Made by a program: the position numbers and the translations under genes. From the NCBI GenBank assembly GCA_951406725.2, contig OX597824.1, positions 9,300,001-9,364,000 of the forward strand: a stretch of 64,000 nucleotides of DNA. Direction: 5' to 3'. Within the stretch, counting starts at the first letter, position 1. Every line of letters starts with the position of its first letter. Positions 1 through 13,311 of this stretch are shown one piece after another. The notes under the pieces were generated by a model that saw only the letters and a list, made by a program, of their open reading frames with translations, was not told where the DNA came from and ran no database searches. The stretch is from Octopus vulgaris. Taxonomy: Eukaryota.

Positions 1-339
1 GCTTTTGTTACTGTAATGGAATATTTAAATATGGTTTCTCTATAATATTGATTGTTTGTGTAAAATTTTTGATTATATTTAATGCGTAATGTTCGTCGCA
101 AATCTGCGTGATGCCGTTAACCAGAGTAGATATCGGAGGTGTCCAGGTAAAAATTGTGTTTGTTCATTTAACACTGATTTAATACATATATTTCCAAACG
201 TAATTTTATGAGCGGAAGCAGTATTAAGTCTTCGGGCAGAAAGAAATATTTTTTACGACGCATAAAAACACAAACACACACACTCACACACATAAGTGTA
301 TACGTATGTATTTATATATGTTGTTTATGTATATAAGTG

Positions 340-730
340 AGGGAGTAGCTGTGTGGTATGAAGGTTCCGGGTTCAATTCCACTGCCAGGCACCTTGGGCG
401 AGTGTGTTCTATTATAAACTCGGACCGACCAAAGCCTTGTGAGTGGATTTTGAAGACGGAAACTGAAAGAAGCCATTTTTTTATATATGTGTATGTATGT
501 GTATGTAAGAGTGTGTATATGTATTTGCGTGCGTGTCTGATCTTGTCCCCCCACCATCACTTGACAACCGATATTCGTCTGATTACGTCCCCGTAACTTA
601 GCAGTTCGGCAAAAGTGACGATAGTATAAGTACTAGGTTTACAGAGAATAAGCTCTGGGTTCGATGTTTTCGACTAAAAGCGGTGCTCCAGCATGGCCAC
701 AGTCATATGACTGAAACAAGTAAATAAATA
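340..730 (+). mobile_element. SINE family A (tRNA-derived, CORE-like block, internal microsatellite)
   Basis: tRNA-like head (gctgtgtggta...gggttcaattcc), block caccttgggcgagtg, tail ggtgctccagcatggcc..cagtcatatgactgaaacaagt; same sequence recurs more than 10 times in the window. Confidence 0.85.
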
Positions 731-1057
731 AATGAATATACATATATACGCATATGTATATTTAATATAGTATGTGTAATTATTACACATACTATTACAC
801 TGTAATAACTTAATAACGTATACTTCAAAGCTTCTCTTCCGTTATCGGCTACCACATGTTACTCTACAGCAAGATATTTTCCAAGGTTTGATAAATGTGT
901 GGAACTCCAATGCTGTATAGAATTAATATATCAATTATAGAACACGAAGAGGTAAATTAACATGCTTTAATAAGAAATCACAACATATATTTCTGCACCG
1001 GACACCAGCTTTAAAATGCTCAGTTTACATTTATAAATCATTATATGAGATTAGTTA

Positions 1058-1450
1058 AGGCGCCGATCTGGCAGAATTGTTAGCACGCTGCACGAGATGC
1101 TCAGCGATATTTCGCCCGTTGCTACGTTCTGAGTTCAAATTCCGCCGACGTCGACTTTGCCTTTCATCCTTTCAGGGTCGATTAGATAAGTACCAGTTAC
1201 GCACTAGGGTCGATGTAATCGACTTAGTCCCTTTGTCTGTCCTTGCTTGTCTCCTCTGTGTTTAGCCCCTTGTGAGTAGTAAACAAATAGGTATTTCGCC
1301 CGTTGCTAGGTTCTGATTCAAATCTCACCGAGATTGACTTTACCTTTGATCGTTACGGGGTCGATAAGTACCAGTTAAATACTGGGGTTGATGTAATCGA
1401 CTATCCCTCTCTCCCACATTTCAGACCTTATGCCTATAATACGAAGGGAT
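1058..1450 (+). mobile_element. SINE family B, dimer ending in alternative tail
   Basis: Head ggcgccgatctggcagaa, B-box gagttcaaattcc, body gcctttcatcctttcagggtcgat; second unit starts at ggtatttcg after the tail. Confidence 0.85.
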
Positions 1451-2187
1451 ATATAAGATTATTCTTTAGAATTCCTGTATGATTACGTATTTTCCAGGAA
1501 CACCTCTTGGTGCGTCCTCCGGTGGAAGGCGATCAAACTGTGTCTGTCTTCTTTGAGTTTCTTCGGATATACCATTTCTATTGCTCTTCGCCAATCATTT
1601 CATTAGATTCCAGACGTCACATATTGTTGTCGTGACACAAAAACAAATACAAAATTAATATCACAATAGTATCAACAACAACAACATTTACAGAATAAGG
1701 GCGACCTTAATGAGACAGTAATAAAAATAATAACAAAACTAAATCTATTTAAGTTATAGTAATAAAAAAAAATTGAAATAAAACTGAAGTTAGTTTTTAC
1801 TAAGCATAAGACGAAGTGTGTCAATGGGGTTGAAATAAAACGAACGAATATATTTACAAGGGACTCATTTTATTGCTATACTATCTTTTTTTCAGCCCTA
1901 GACATCTACTTGGAATTATTTATATTCTTTATGCTTTCCGAGCTTTTGGCTTCAAGTGACCTCAATAAGCTCCACTGACCATTACCTGATAAATTGTTTT
2001 GTTTGTTATATTTTGTATATATTTTTATTTACTTTGCTTTCTAAACACACTTGCCCTGTTAGTGAGAGTGGTTGTACGGTGCTTTGGACAACTCATTACA
2101 GTTAACGGGGAAAGAGATTGGAACATGGTGTTTTGAAGTAGTTCTTAGCATTTGGAACTGGGTTCAGCTCAGCATGTAAATATATAT

Positions 2188-2420
2188 ATTTCTTTACAAC
2201 ACACAAGGGGCTAAACATAGAGGGGACAAACAAGGACAGACAAAGTGATTAAGTCAATTACATCGACACCAGTGCGAAATTGGTACTTAATTTATCGACC
2301 CCGAAAGGATGAATGGTAAAGTCGACCTCGGCGGAATTTGAACTCAGAACGTAACCGCAGACGAAATACGACTACGCATTTCGCCCGGCGTGCTAACGTT
2401 TCTGCCAGCTCGCCGCCTTA
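2188..2420 (-). mobile_element. SINE family B, full length
   Basis: Matches other copies; flanked by direct repeat cagcatgtaaatatata (TSD). Confidence 0.9.
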
Positions 2421-3379
2421 CAGCATGTAAATATATAAGCCAGGCCACCCCGCATTGGTATTTGATTTGGTTATTAGTTCAGAATACAGAATACATCTCA
2501 CACAGGGCATCTTCTGGCACTACTAAGCAATGGCGAATTTTCTCTGAGTTAATCTTTAGCTTTTTTTAACTACCGATATGTATTTATTAAGTCTATTTCT
2601 AAAATATATACTTATTTTAGCTACGCTTTCTAGCCTAAACCTAAATGTTTCTTTATATTGCGTGGCATCACATGATTTTACTCTGTGTTTTCAAATTTTT
2701 ACGATCGTTTCAATTCACACATAAACGGCAATTCTGCTATCTAGATGCATCAGTTTCTCTTACATTATACTTTTGATATATTAAAATATCACATTGCATA
2801 TGTCCATACGAACGCTATATATCTTTCCACGTTTCAGATACATATATTCTTCATAACTATACTTGATATTGGATTCTGTATAAGCATCTGTGATTAATGA
2901 TACTACCTTCTAGCTATTATAACTATAATATTAATTTGATTGTCTCTGAAAATTCTCTATTTTGATGAGTATACTGACTTCTTATACTCAGACTCCACAC
3001 ATTGCAGCTTTTAGTTTTGAGAAAATAAATTTAACTATCTTTCTGAGAATTTATAACTATTTCCTAGATTTTGGGGATAAACGCTTTCCTTTAACCTTCC
3101 TTCGAACATCTTATTACCGTTATTTGATTAACGTTGAAGCTTTCATATTGTTGCAATTATCGCAGGATTATAATCGTCATGAACAAATTTTTCATAATCA
3201 TTTCGACAATCATTCAAACAGCAATTTTAACACGTCATTGCAGGTCATCCGCTTAGTTGATCATAATCGACTTATACAAATTATATTTAAGCTTTAACAT
3301 TTGCTACATATAGCAATTTCCATAATCATTTTGATGCACATGCAAACAAAAATAATATTAACTCGTTATTTCGAGTCAT

Positions 3380-3615
3380 ACCTATTTCTTTACTACCCAC
3401 AAGGAGCTAAACACAGAGAGGGCAAACAAGGACAGACAAAAGGATTAAGTCGATTATATGGACCCTAGTGCGTAACTGGTACTTAATTTATCGACCCCGA
3501 AAGGATGAAAGGCAAAGTCGACTTCGGCGGAATTTGAGCTTAGAGCGTAACGGCAGACGAAGTACCGCTAAGCATTTCGCCCGGTGTGCTAATGATTCTG
3601 CCAGCACGCCGCCTT
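3380..3615 (-). mobile_element. SINE family B, full length
   Basis: Matches other copies; TSD ttatttcg(a/t)gtcatacc on both sides. Confidence 0.9.
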
Positions 3616-3714
3616 ATTTCGTGTCATACCGTTAGGTGATTGCACGGTGTCACATGATTTCTATCCGGGGTACCAAGTGTTATTTCCTATTTGTTTGATA
3701 AATAATCTTACTCG

Positions 3715-4078
3715 TTTACTCTTTCAATTGTTTCAGTCATTTGACTGTGGCCATGCTGGAGCACCGCCTTTCGTCGATCAAATCGCCCCCAGGACTTATT
3801 CTTTGTAAACCTAGTACTTATTCTATCGGTCTCTTTTGCCGAACCGCTAAGTTACAGTGACGTAAACACAGACACACAAACATATACACGCACACACACA
3901 TATATATATATATATATATGTACATATATACGACGGGCTTCTTTTAGTTTCCGTCTACCAAATCCACTCACAAGGCTTTGGTCGGTCCGAGGCTATAGTA
4001 GAAGACAGCTGCCCAAGGTACCATGCAGTGGGACTGAACTCGGAACCATGTGGTTGGTAAGCAAGCTACTTACCGCAC
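3715..4078 (-). mobile_element. SINE family A
   Basis: Reverse complement of family A head, core and tail. Confidence 0.88.
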
Positions 4079-4763
4079 CTAATATTTCTTTCAAACTTTG
4101 ATTTTATTACATTTATTCAAACCCCAATGATCCTCTCTCAACAAATGGCTATGATGTTCCCCCATTACTCCTGCTCATGATCAGATATACAAATATTGTC
4201 AGCCACTAAGGGACATGCTGAAGTGGTTAACGTCAAACAGCTGACAAATAAATCTGTGGCGTTGAGCAGAAGATTTACTACAATGATATTTTCGCTTCTG
4301 TAATATAGGTCAGTTTGAAAACATTGATGCACAGGTCACAAAAGCAGTTTGGAAGGAATTGTAGTCAGTTCCTAAGACTGTTACATGGAAACAAAACAAA
4401 AATAATAACGTTTATTGCTCGAAGAATAAAAAAGAATAAAATTTTGTTACAAAATGTTATAATCGCCAATAATTATTATAACTATTTTTTTCCATATACG
4501 AAGCTTTTACAGTGACTTTGCTAAACATGCAATCAACAATGTCAACTCGTTGCTACTGGTTAACAGGCGACTTGTACAACTTGTTACGATTCCTTTAACA
4601 GACATGCAAGCAACAATTCTAACCTGTCATTAGAAATCTTCCGCTCAGGAGGTTTTGATATAAATAGATTCAATGCTAACTAGGATTTCTTATGTTATTT
4701 TATATATTTTATTTTTCAAATGCTAGAAAAGAACCTTTTTAGTTAAACGGTTAGATGCATATG

Positions 4764-4833
<70 letters not shown>

Positions 4834-4839
<6 letters not shown>

Positions 4840-5038
4840 CAAAATAAGCAACAAGGATATCCAAGGTAGTGTAGTACAATCTTTTCATGCTACTTATGAA
4901 GTAGCATGAAACGATTGTACTACACTACCTTTGGATATCCTTGTTGCTTATTTTGATTATAATCACCCCATTTGATTTATATGGATAATACCATACCAAA
5001 TTCTGGTGCCTTTAACTTAAGTACCATATTCATCTGAA

Positions 5039-5040
<2 letters not shown>
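4834..5040 (+). mobile_element. Fold-back element between two (TA)n tracts (Penelope-like terminal fragment)
   Basis: About 62-bp near-perfect inverted arms 4834-4961 with a 3-nt loop; right arm carries gaaacgattgta (hammerhead 3' half-like); flanked by (TA)n. Confidence 0.6.
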
Positions 5041-5103
<63 letters not shown>

Positions 5104-5164
5104 GTATGTATGTATGTGTGTGTGTGTATACACATGTAGATATGCATGTATATGTGCATGTGTA

Positions 5165-5960
5165 TATTAGGTACCTACAAGTATTATATTTTGAAGTAGA
5201 TACAATTAAAGAGGATTCTAGTCAAATTATCAGGAAATTATATCGGAGGTTTCATTAACCTCAGTTCACTGTGAATACCATATGAAGCAGATTGGGAAAT
5301 CAGGTAGGTATCTCATGAACCATGCATCTAGACTGAAGATGGACTTTCAACAATTCTCTAATCAGGAATAAACAAACAACTTTTGTTAATCCAATTCTGA
5401 CAGCCTCTTACACGCGGATAATCTATGCCAACAATACATGTAAGAAGCGGTGGCTATCGGCAAAAGAATGATTTAGCTACAACACCCAAGTTCGATCTAT
5501 ATTCAAAGTTGTTTTTATTTTTGGAGGGTGAGGGAGAATACACTAGGTATCGTTCTCTTCGAATTACTGGAACAATGGAAAACATCATCGGTGAAATTTA
5601 TGGTCAAAAACGTGACTGTGTCAGTCAAGCATTGCTCAAAAACAAACAGCTGTGGTAAAGAAGTCGTTACGCAATATAATGCGAGGTCCTACTTCATCGT
5701 CCCTGCTCACCAGAATTAACACCAACAGATTTTCACTTATTCAGATCACTTGAAGAATTTACCAGAAGAAAACAACGGAGAATCAAGTATGCGGTCGACA
5801 CTCCAAACATTTTTTCTAAAGATTTTGATTTTTTTTTTTTTTTGACGGAGGTATCAGAAAAGTTGTATCAAGGTGAGAAAATGTTATCGCTAACGATGGT
5901 GATTATATTTTGAGTGAATGAAAATATTTAAGTAACGTTTTAATCCGATTTGAACTCATT
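5165..5960 (+). pseudogene. Decayed mariner (DD34D-type) transposase
   Basis: Fragments TPKFDLYSK, GIVLFELL, HRPCSPELTPTDFHLFRSL (cf. mariner YSPDLAPSD) and ENVIANDGDYI; frameshifts and stops. Confidence 0.8.
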
Positions 5961-6308
5961 ACATCATATGACATAAATTTTTGTTATCATGGATGTGCGT
6001 CTTTGTGCGAGTGTCTCTGTGCGTGTGTGTCTCTATGTGAGTGTGTCTGTATGCGAGCGTGTCTCTGCGACTGTGTCTGTATGCGAGTGTGTCTATGTTC
6101 GCTCAGATCTTTAAATGTTGGGTATATGTCATGCGACTTAATTTTAAATCTGACGATATACACATACACATAAATATCTTTATCTACATCCACATCTATG
6201 TACTCGTGTGTGCGTGTGTTTGTGCAAAGGCTGTACAACTGACATTCATCGCAACAAAAGAACCAAGAATGCCAGTTCAGGTAAGTAAATAACTAGAGAT
6301 ACTAATGC

Positions 6309-6345
<37 letters not shown>

Positions 6346-6668
6346 TATATGTTGATGTGTTTACCATAGAAACATCTTTTAATCATTCAGTTGCTACATA
6401 ACCTATACAAAACTTTTCAGACATCAATATCCTCGTGAACAAAGAATATAACATCTTGTACTGTCAAGAATTGTAAACATATTTATATTGTAGATGTGAC
6501 ACTAAAGCCTAAACAATAATTCTACCAATATATTGATGTATCTCTCTCCTTCGCATATCCTCTCTCACCTTCTGCCACTCTCTCTTTCTCACTCTCCTCC
6601 TGTCTACCTATCTATATATATATATGTGTGTGTATATGAATACAAACAGACATACACACAACACATAT

Positions 6669-6715
<47 letters not shown>

Positions 6716-6720
<5 letters not shown>

Positions 6721-6930
6721 TTTACGGAAAAAAACAAAAGACGAAGGCAGGTGGTGTATAAAACAAAGAGATGTATTAGTATAACGCTCAGGAATATAAA
6801 AAATATTTTACGTTTCGAGCCTACGCTCTTCTACAGAAAGTGACAGAAAAAAACAAGGAGAGTAACAAGGAGAGAAAAAAATGTGTGTAGTGTCTAACGA
6901 TCTATCATGGCGACTGCTAGACAGAAGGAT

Positions 6931-6935
<5 letters not shown>
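6716..6935 (-). mobile_element. Short TA-associated element P1 with hammerhead-like motif
   Basis: Homologous to 11822-12013 and 60965-61100; 3' end abuts a microsatellite. Confidence 0.7.
6806..6840 (-). ncRNA. Minimal type-I hammerhead-like motif, variant core CUGUAGA
   Basis: Minus strand cttt CTGTAGA A gagc gtag gctc GAAA cg TA aaa: stem I, 4-bp stem II, palindromic stem III acgt, GUA triplet. Confidence 0.55.
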
Positions 6936-6985
<50 letters not shown>

Positions 6986-7526
6986 ATAACATCCTGGTGT
7001 GTCGCTCCTATATGTCTTTTATAATTGTTTCTTCTTCACTCACAAAGCCAGCAATTTTGTGAGAGGGCTAAATCGTTACCACCGACGCCAGGACTTGGTG
7101 GTTAGATACTTTCCCGTCCCAGAAAGAATAAAATTCAAGGGTGAATACAGCAGTATGGGAACTCATAACCTAAAGAGTTGTAAGAAATTCCGTAAGGTTT
7201 GGCCTGAAACTCTAACCACTCTGTCAGTTCACCGAACTGTCTTTCACAATAACATTAAATGCTTAAAATTAGATTACTGGTGTTGTTTAGTCCAACTTAA
7301 CCCTGATTGAGTACATCTGTATTCACCATTTGCCTTCCTAATTTTTCTTGTTTTTTTTTTTGTTTTTTTTTTGTTTTTTTGTTAACGGTTGTATTTGACA
7401 GAGATGTCCATCGAGTTTCCCAGACGATGAAATATAGAAGATTCTCTATTTGATCGCTTCTGGTTAAAACACTTTAGGATTATTTGCAGTTTATTATATA
7501 CACCCTCTCTTAGACACTTACGCACA

Positions 7527-7567
<41 letters not shown>

Positions 7568-8076
7568 TTGTGTATTTACGAGTTAGATTTCACCAAAGAC
7601 TTTGATATTCAGATTCAGCAATTCTAAATTGTATAATTAGTCATCGAGATTAGTTTATGAATAAAGCGAATTTGACGTAAGGCTTCTTTGAAAATATAGA
7701 GCGATTGCTTTAGTACTATTGAAAGAAACCATGTTTTGTATATTCCATTTCGAAGATTAGTCATTTCTTGAAATTGTATAATTAGTCATCGAGATGGAAG
7801 CTAGTTTCACTTAATGTAATTTTAAGCTTGTCATTATCAGGCTTTCCAAGTTATTATTTAGTGTGTAGTTTTGTAGGGAGGTTGTTGACCGCACAAAAAC
7901 GCTTATTGGGATTAAGTATACCTTATCAAAGGTGTACGTAGGTAGGAGTCTTGCCAACACATATCGCAGTTGAGTGTTTTGTTAGCAAACTGCCAACTCA
8001 GGAAACGAAGCACATATTTGATTGTGTACATACTTACACACTTATACACACAGACACACACACGCATATACATATA

Positions 8077-8900
8077 CAGGGGGCTTCAAACAAATTGATA
8101 TAATTTCAGACGTAAATATCACAGAAACTACATAGCCAAAACAAATGAAACTAAACAGACTTGATTGTCAGCAACATAAGATTTATTCCTGTGAATGTGA
8201 ATGAGAAATTCAAAGGTATGTGAATTCTATGAACGATTTCGCATCACCGGTCACATTTCCCTCAAAGAAAAACGGACCATGAAGATCCTTCTTGGAGATG
8301 GCGCAGAACGCATTCACTTTTGGTGACTTCCTCTCATGCTTAACTGTGGCATGAATATTTTTCTTTACCCCAAATGCGAACATTGGGCTTATTGACTTTG
8401 CCATTCGTATGAAATGTAGCCTCATCATTGAAAACAAGACGTTCCTTGAACTGGGCTTCTTCAAGTTTCTCTTGCATGTCAACACAGAATTCCTTGCGCT
8501 TTCGTTTGTCATCTGCTGTTATGGCCTGGACGAGCTGCAGCTTGTAGGATTTCATTAGTAGGCGTTTCCTGAGGACGCGCCAATCCGTTGTTGGAGCAAT
8601 CTAGGTTTCCAGACTTGTCCTTCTTATCCGATATTAGTGGTCATCCAGATCTTTTTGCCCTGCTAAGACAGCATTCCTCTTTGAATTTTTTTGTGCCATG
8701 TACAAATCCGCATTGCCATTGGTTAATTTTTAGGGAACTCTTTCACAAATGCACGCTGCAAAGTCTTGCTTGACTGTTCAAGCATACTCCAACACCCAAA
8801 ACGTCTTTTCTCTTCCAGTGAATGCCATTTCTATACCTGAAAAAGATAAACATATCAAACATTAAACGTAAACTTTCGACCCGTTTCAACACATGCTGTT
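8077..8900 (-). pseudogene. Decayed Tc1/mariner-superfamily transposon (DD37D/maT-like)
   Basis: YKLQLVQAITADDKRKRKEFC...LVFNDEATFHTNGKVNKPNVRIWG and SPKVNAFCAIS..GPFFFEGNVTG; TA+caggggg TIR-like end at 8075; frameshifted with internal deletion. Confidence 0.85.
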
Positions 8901-9194
8901 AAAATTCGAAGTCATTTCGTTGAAGTAAGCTCTCTTTTAGTACTCTTGTTTTTCGCTCGAACGGACTTTAGTGCGGTTTTTTAACTCCAAAACATCCCTT
9001 CTAGGTACTTAACACTGCACAGCTGCATCCGATATATTGTGAGTCGGGAATCGAACCCTTACCCCATTCTAGCAATGGCACCAACACACAGTAACTCGAA
9101 CAACTACCATTACGGTATCTTACAGGTTCGGTGAGAATTCAAAGCGGAACTAACACACCGTCTCTTACGAACCTCTCAAGGACCCTTACCCTTT

Positions 9195-9500
9195 TCTTTA
9201 TTAGCCACAAGGGTTCAAAATAGAGGGAGACAAACAAGGACAGACAACACAAAACGTGGGGTACATAAAATATATAATGAAAATGTATGTGACAATAAAT
9301 CGAATGAAAAGAAAAGCAATGGCTTACGAGCCTCAACGACCCTTACTGATCTGTCTCAACCAATACGATACTTTTTATAAGAGTTCGCCTAGTCCATCCT
9401 TCCAATCCCAGAGGGGTGTCAATGAGTCTCGCCACAACAATTTGCCAAATATTACAAGTTGTAGGAAACGTATACTCTTAAAGTCGCCCATCACATGACA
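9195..9500 (-). mobile_element. Probable LINE 3' remnant sharing its tail with SINE B
   Basis: Minus-strand tgtctgtccttgtttgtctccctct...cccttgtggctaataagaaaa resembles the SINE B tail, but upstream sequence is unrelated to the SINE body. Confidence 0.5.
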
Positions 9501-11614
9501 GGTAAAACTCTAGTGTATGCGTGTGTGTGTACGTGTGTGCGTGCGTGCGTGCTTGCGTGTGTGTGCATTACGTAATTAATATATAACACAAGGATGGACA
9601 TTTACATCCAGCACTCTGTCTCCTGACTGCAACGGATATAGTTTAATCCGATTAACAGCCACCATTAGTCAGCCATCGTACGTATCCATCTTACACACGA
9701 AACGTCTGTATGTGTCTGTAATACGATTCGCTATGTATCACAAAATTTGTTAAGTACGTAATTACTATTTTGGTATGGAATTCAATCATTATCTCATAAT
9801 GAGTTCGTAAGTTAATGTAATATACTTAGATAAAGTTCTTATTGTTTCTGCCTTAAAACCATCAAGTAATTTTTAATTGCAACTAATATATTAATCTTCG
9901 GTTATTCTATGTAATCCTGGCATAGACTATTAGTCTTGTATAAAGACGTTCGCGCGGTTGTTCCAGACGCCATTTGACTTCAACATTTATTTATATTCCA
10001 ATCCAAAAAGAACAATCTATGAACGTTATCTAGAATAAGGACGGCGTTGCTATTATTTTCGGCGTTTTGGTTTTGTCGAATGAAAAATGAATTCCTTAAA
10101 ATAACGATGCAAGGCATTAATTAATCTAAAATCAAGAAGAGCATAATTAAAACAAATAAATATTCTTCATCATGACAACGAGACTGAATTAGACGGTCAG
10201 ATCGTACCATTTAGAGTGGACAGGAGAAGTTTCCAAATTATTTCTGAAAAGAGAGAAAAAAGGATATGCAAATTCGACAATATACATAATGCAAATGGCA
10301 TGAAGTATTCATAATATTCTAAATATTTCAAATCGTTAAAATTTGGAATATGTAGTTTTCAAACGTTATGTCTTTATGCAAGCGCTATAAAGGAAAAATA
10401 ATCAATTTTATTTTAATATTGGTTGGGAATATAAAAGTAATCTAATTGGAAAATAAAACAAATACAGAACAATAATAGGTTTTACTCAGATTAATATTGC
10501 ACATGAAATTATAAAGATCAATTGAAACATGAAATATTAATACGGTCGATTTTATTCAGTGATATGAAAAACATTAGCTTTTAATTTCATTGAATATTCA
10601 TTTAACTAAGCATTACCTGAACTTTCTAAATTTGAATTATAACTATTTTCGAAATGAATTCCCAAATTGTTAGCTCTGCTTAATTTTTTTTCCCCCCTCT
10701 AACAACGTATGAGTGCCTCACCTAACTATTACGTGCAGCACCGTTGAAAATTTCGTGAGAAAACTTTCATTACGATATTGATATTTTCGTTAGATTTGTA
10801 TCTCACATAAAATGTCGTCCGTTATTGCGTACCGTTCGTCGTATTCAACATTATTAACGTACACATAGAGAAAAGCTTGGTCTCAGCTATATCAATTCAT
10901 ATTCATTTATTCACGTCTATTTCCATACAATGATTGAGTACAATTCAAAAATAGAAATGAAAGCAACTAATAGCGACATGACAAGTATTTCTACTTATAT
11001 CATGATCACTCATATGATTCATACTTTCACCTACTGTAATAGCGTATTTCACTAAATTTATCACTTTTTATATAATTTCATAGTATTCACCAAATTGAAA
11101 TGTTGTGCTGCTGTAGATATAACAGTTATTAAGAGGGGCAGAACATTTATGATTTAAATCGATTATCGTAATGTTTATAGTCATTTCCCTATCTAACTTT
11201 CCAAATATTTCATAGCCTTCGTTGGTCGTACTGGAATGATTTCAATTCTAAGCATAATATAGCATTGAAAATAATCATAAGTGTCTCAGAAATATAAATA
11301 CATTCAAGAAAACACCGAAAATATTTAATTTATTTTGTAAATATTTCCATCAGAAAATTTGCGTAAGAGAATCTAAATCTCTAATAAAAGCCATTTTTAT
11401 TCCAATTAAATACTAGACTGGTTTTCAAGAGGTCGTTTTGTGGCCTTCGTCGGTCGAGGTAGATGCATCGAAACATGTATGTGGAGAATTAAATAAGAAT
11501 TTTGGAGAAAATTGGCAGTTAATCTATGCATGCCAATCTTATATCTCCACATCGCCAAAATTTATCCAAGACAAAATCCTCCAAATTGAGCGGGAATACA
11601 AACATAGAAGAAAT

Positions 11615-11812
11615 ACCCTTTTCTGCTTTAGGCACAAGGCCAGAAACTTTGGGGGAGGGGCACCAGTCGATTACATCGATCCCAGTGCGTCACTGGTACC
11701 TAATTTATCGACCCCGAAAGGATGAAAGGCAAAGACGACTTCGGCGGAATTTGAAAACAGAACGTAAAGACAGACGAAATATCGCTAAACGTTTCGCCCG
11801 GCAGGCTAACGT
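11615..11812 (-). mobile_element. SINE family B with alternative tail
   Basis: Body atcgaccccgaaaggatgaaaggcaaag; tail ggcacaaggccagaaactttgggggag. Confidence 0.85.
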
Positions 11813-11821
11813 TTATATATA

Positions 11822-12010
11822 TATTAGATCGTTAGCCACTACACACATCTTTTCTCTCCTTGTTTCTCTCCTTGTTTTCTGTGTCCCTTTCTATAGAAGA
11901 GCGTAGACTCGAAACGTAAAATACATTTTCTATTCCTGAGCGTTATACTAATACATCTGTTTGTTTTGTACATCACCTGTCTTCGTCTTTTGCTTTTTTC
12001 CGTAAACTCT

Positions 12011-12013
<3 letters not shown>
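11822..12013 (+). mobile_element. Element P1 with hammerhead-like motif (11887-11921)
   Basis: ctttctatagaagagcgtagactcgaaacgtaaaa; 3' end runs directly into (TA)n at 12014. Confidence 0.7.
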
Positions 12014-12046
<33 letters not shown>

Positions 12047-12115
12047 CATATATATATATATATATACATATATATATGTATATATGTATATATATATGTA
12101 TATATGTATATATAA

Positions 12116-12218
<103 letters not shown>

Positions 12219-12662
12219 TATGTGTGTTTGTGTGTGTGTGTGTATCAGGAGTTTAAGAATGAAATATCTGATTTTAAACTGAAAGTTTATTTTGCTGTAT
12301 CTCGACAGAATACAATGAGAGTTAATCAAAGTACGCACCTAAATTATCAACAACATTTTGCCATTTTATCGGTAGTTTTTTTTATGCCGGTAGCGAAGAA
12401 TTCTGGAGAGCAAGAGGTGAGGAAATCATGAAAGGATGTTTTTGTATCTTCAGATTTGAAGTTTTTCCTTGCAAAAAGTTGTCTAATCCTGGAAAACGTG
12501 ACAGTCAGTTGGTGCAAAGTCTGGTGAATATGGTGGATGGCAGTTTACTTCTAAATTCAGTTCCTGTAACTTGAGTAGCGTTCTTTGTGGAAAATGTGAT
12601 CGAGCATTGTCTAGAAAGAGAATCGGCCAGACTCTATATGTATGCATATATACATACGTATA

Positions 12663-12751
<89 letters not shown>

Positions 12752-12785
12752 GTGTATGTAAATATATATATATATATATACATAT

Positions 12786-13008
12786 ATGGTGTTAGGACGT
12801 CACAAAACGTAAACATCATGAAATAGGAAAACATGAAAAACGAAGACAAAATCTGTATGGAAACAACGAGAGAAACAAATGGGAAAACAAGACAAGTAAC
12901 ATAAAACACACTTCTTCAGTTGTCTGCTGTCCATCTGCTTCTCATTTTGAGCAATTAACAACAATATTGTCGTCATATTGGAAATAGATGCGTGACGTTC
13001 AATCATAT
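12786..13008 (-). mobile_element. TA-embedded short element (Penelope-like terminal fragment?) nested in mariner
   Basis: Non-mariner sequence bounded by (TA)n; contains gacaaCTGAAGA...ttgtc on the minus strand. Confidence 0.4.
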
Positions 13009-13050
13009 AATAATATAATATAATATATATATATATATATATATATAAAT

Positions 13051-13170
13051 AGGTGAATGAATTATCCTATGTTTATCGTCAGAATGGAAAATTCATTTAA
13101 CCGAAACATATGTCGAGAGTAAAGGAATTTTGTTAACATCTTCGTTCGACTCCATTCTTTGATTTATTCA
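13051..13170 (+). mobile_element. TA-embedded fragment with 5'-truncated hammerhead-like motif
   Basis: Long stem ggtgaatgaatt...aattcatttaacc followed by GAAA catatg TC; the CUGANGA half is missing, replaced by (TA)n. Confidence 0.45.
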
Positions 13171-13210
13171 TATATATATATATACATATATATATATATC
13201 TATATATATC

Positions 13211-13311
<101 letters not shown>

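Noticed and set aside
7627-7795. 25-bp direct repeat aaattgtataattagtcatcgagat
   Set aside because: Only two copies with no element features between them; small local duplication
9030-9090. gggttcgattccc B-box on the minus strand
   Set aside because: No convincing A-box or acceptor stem; cannot call a tRNA
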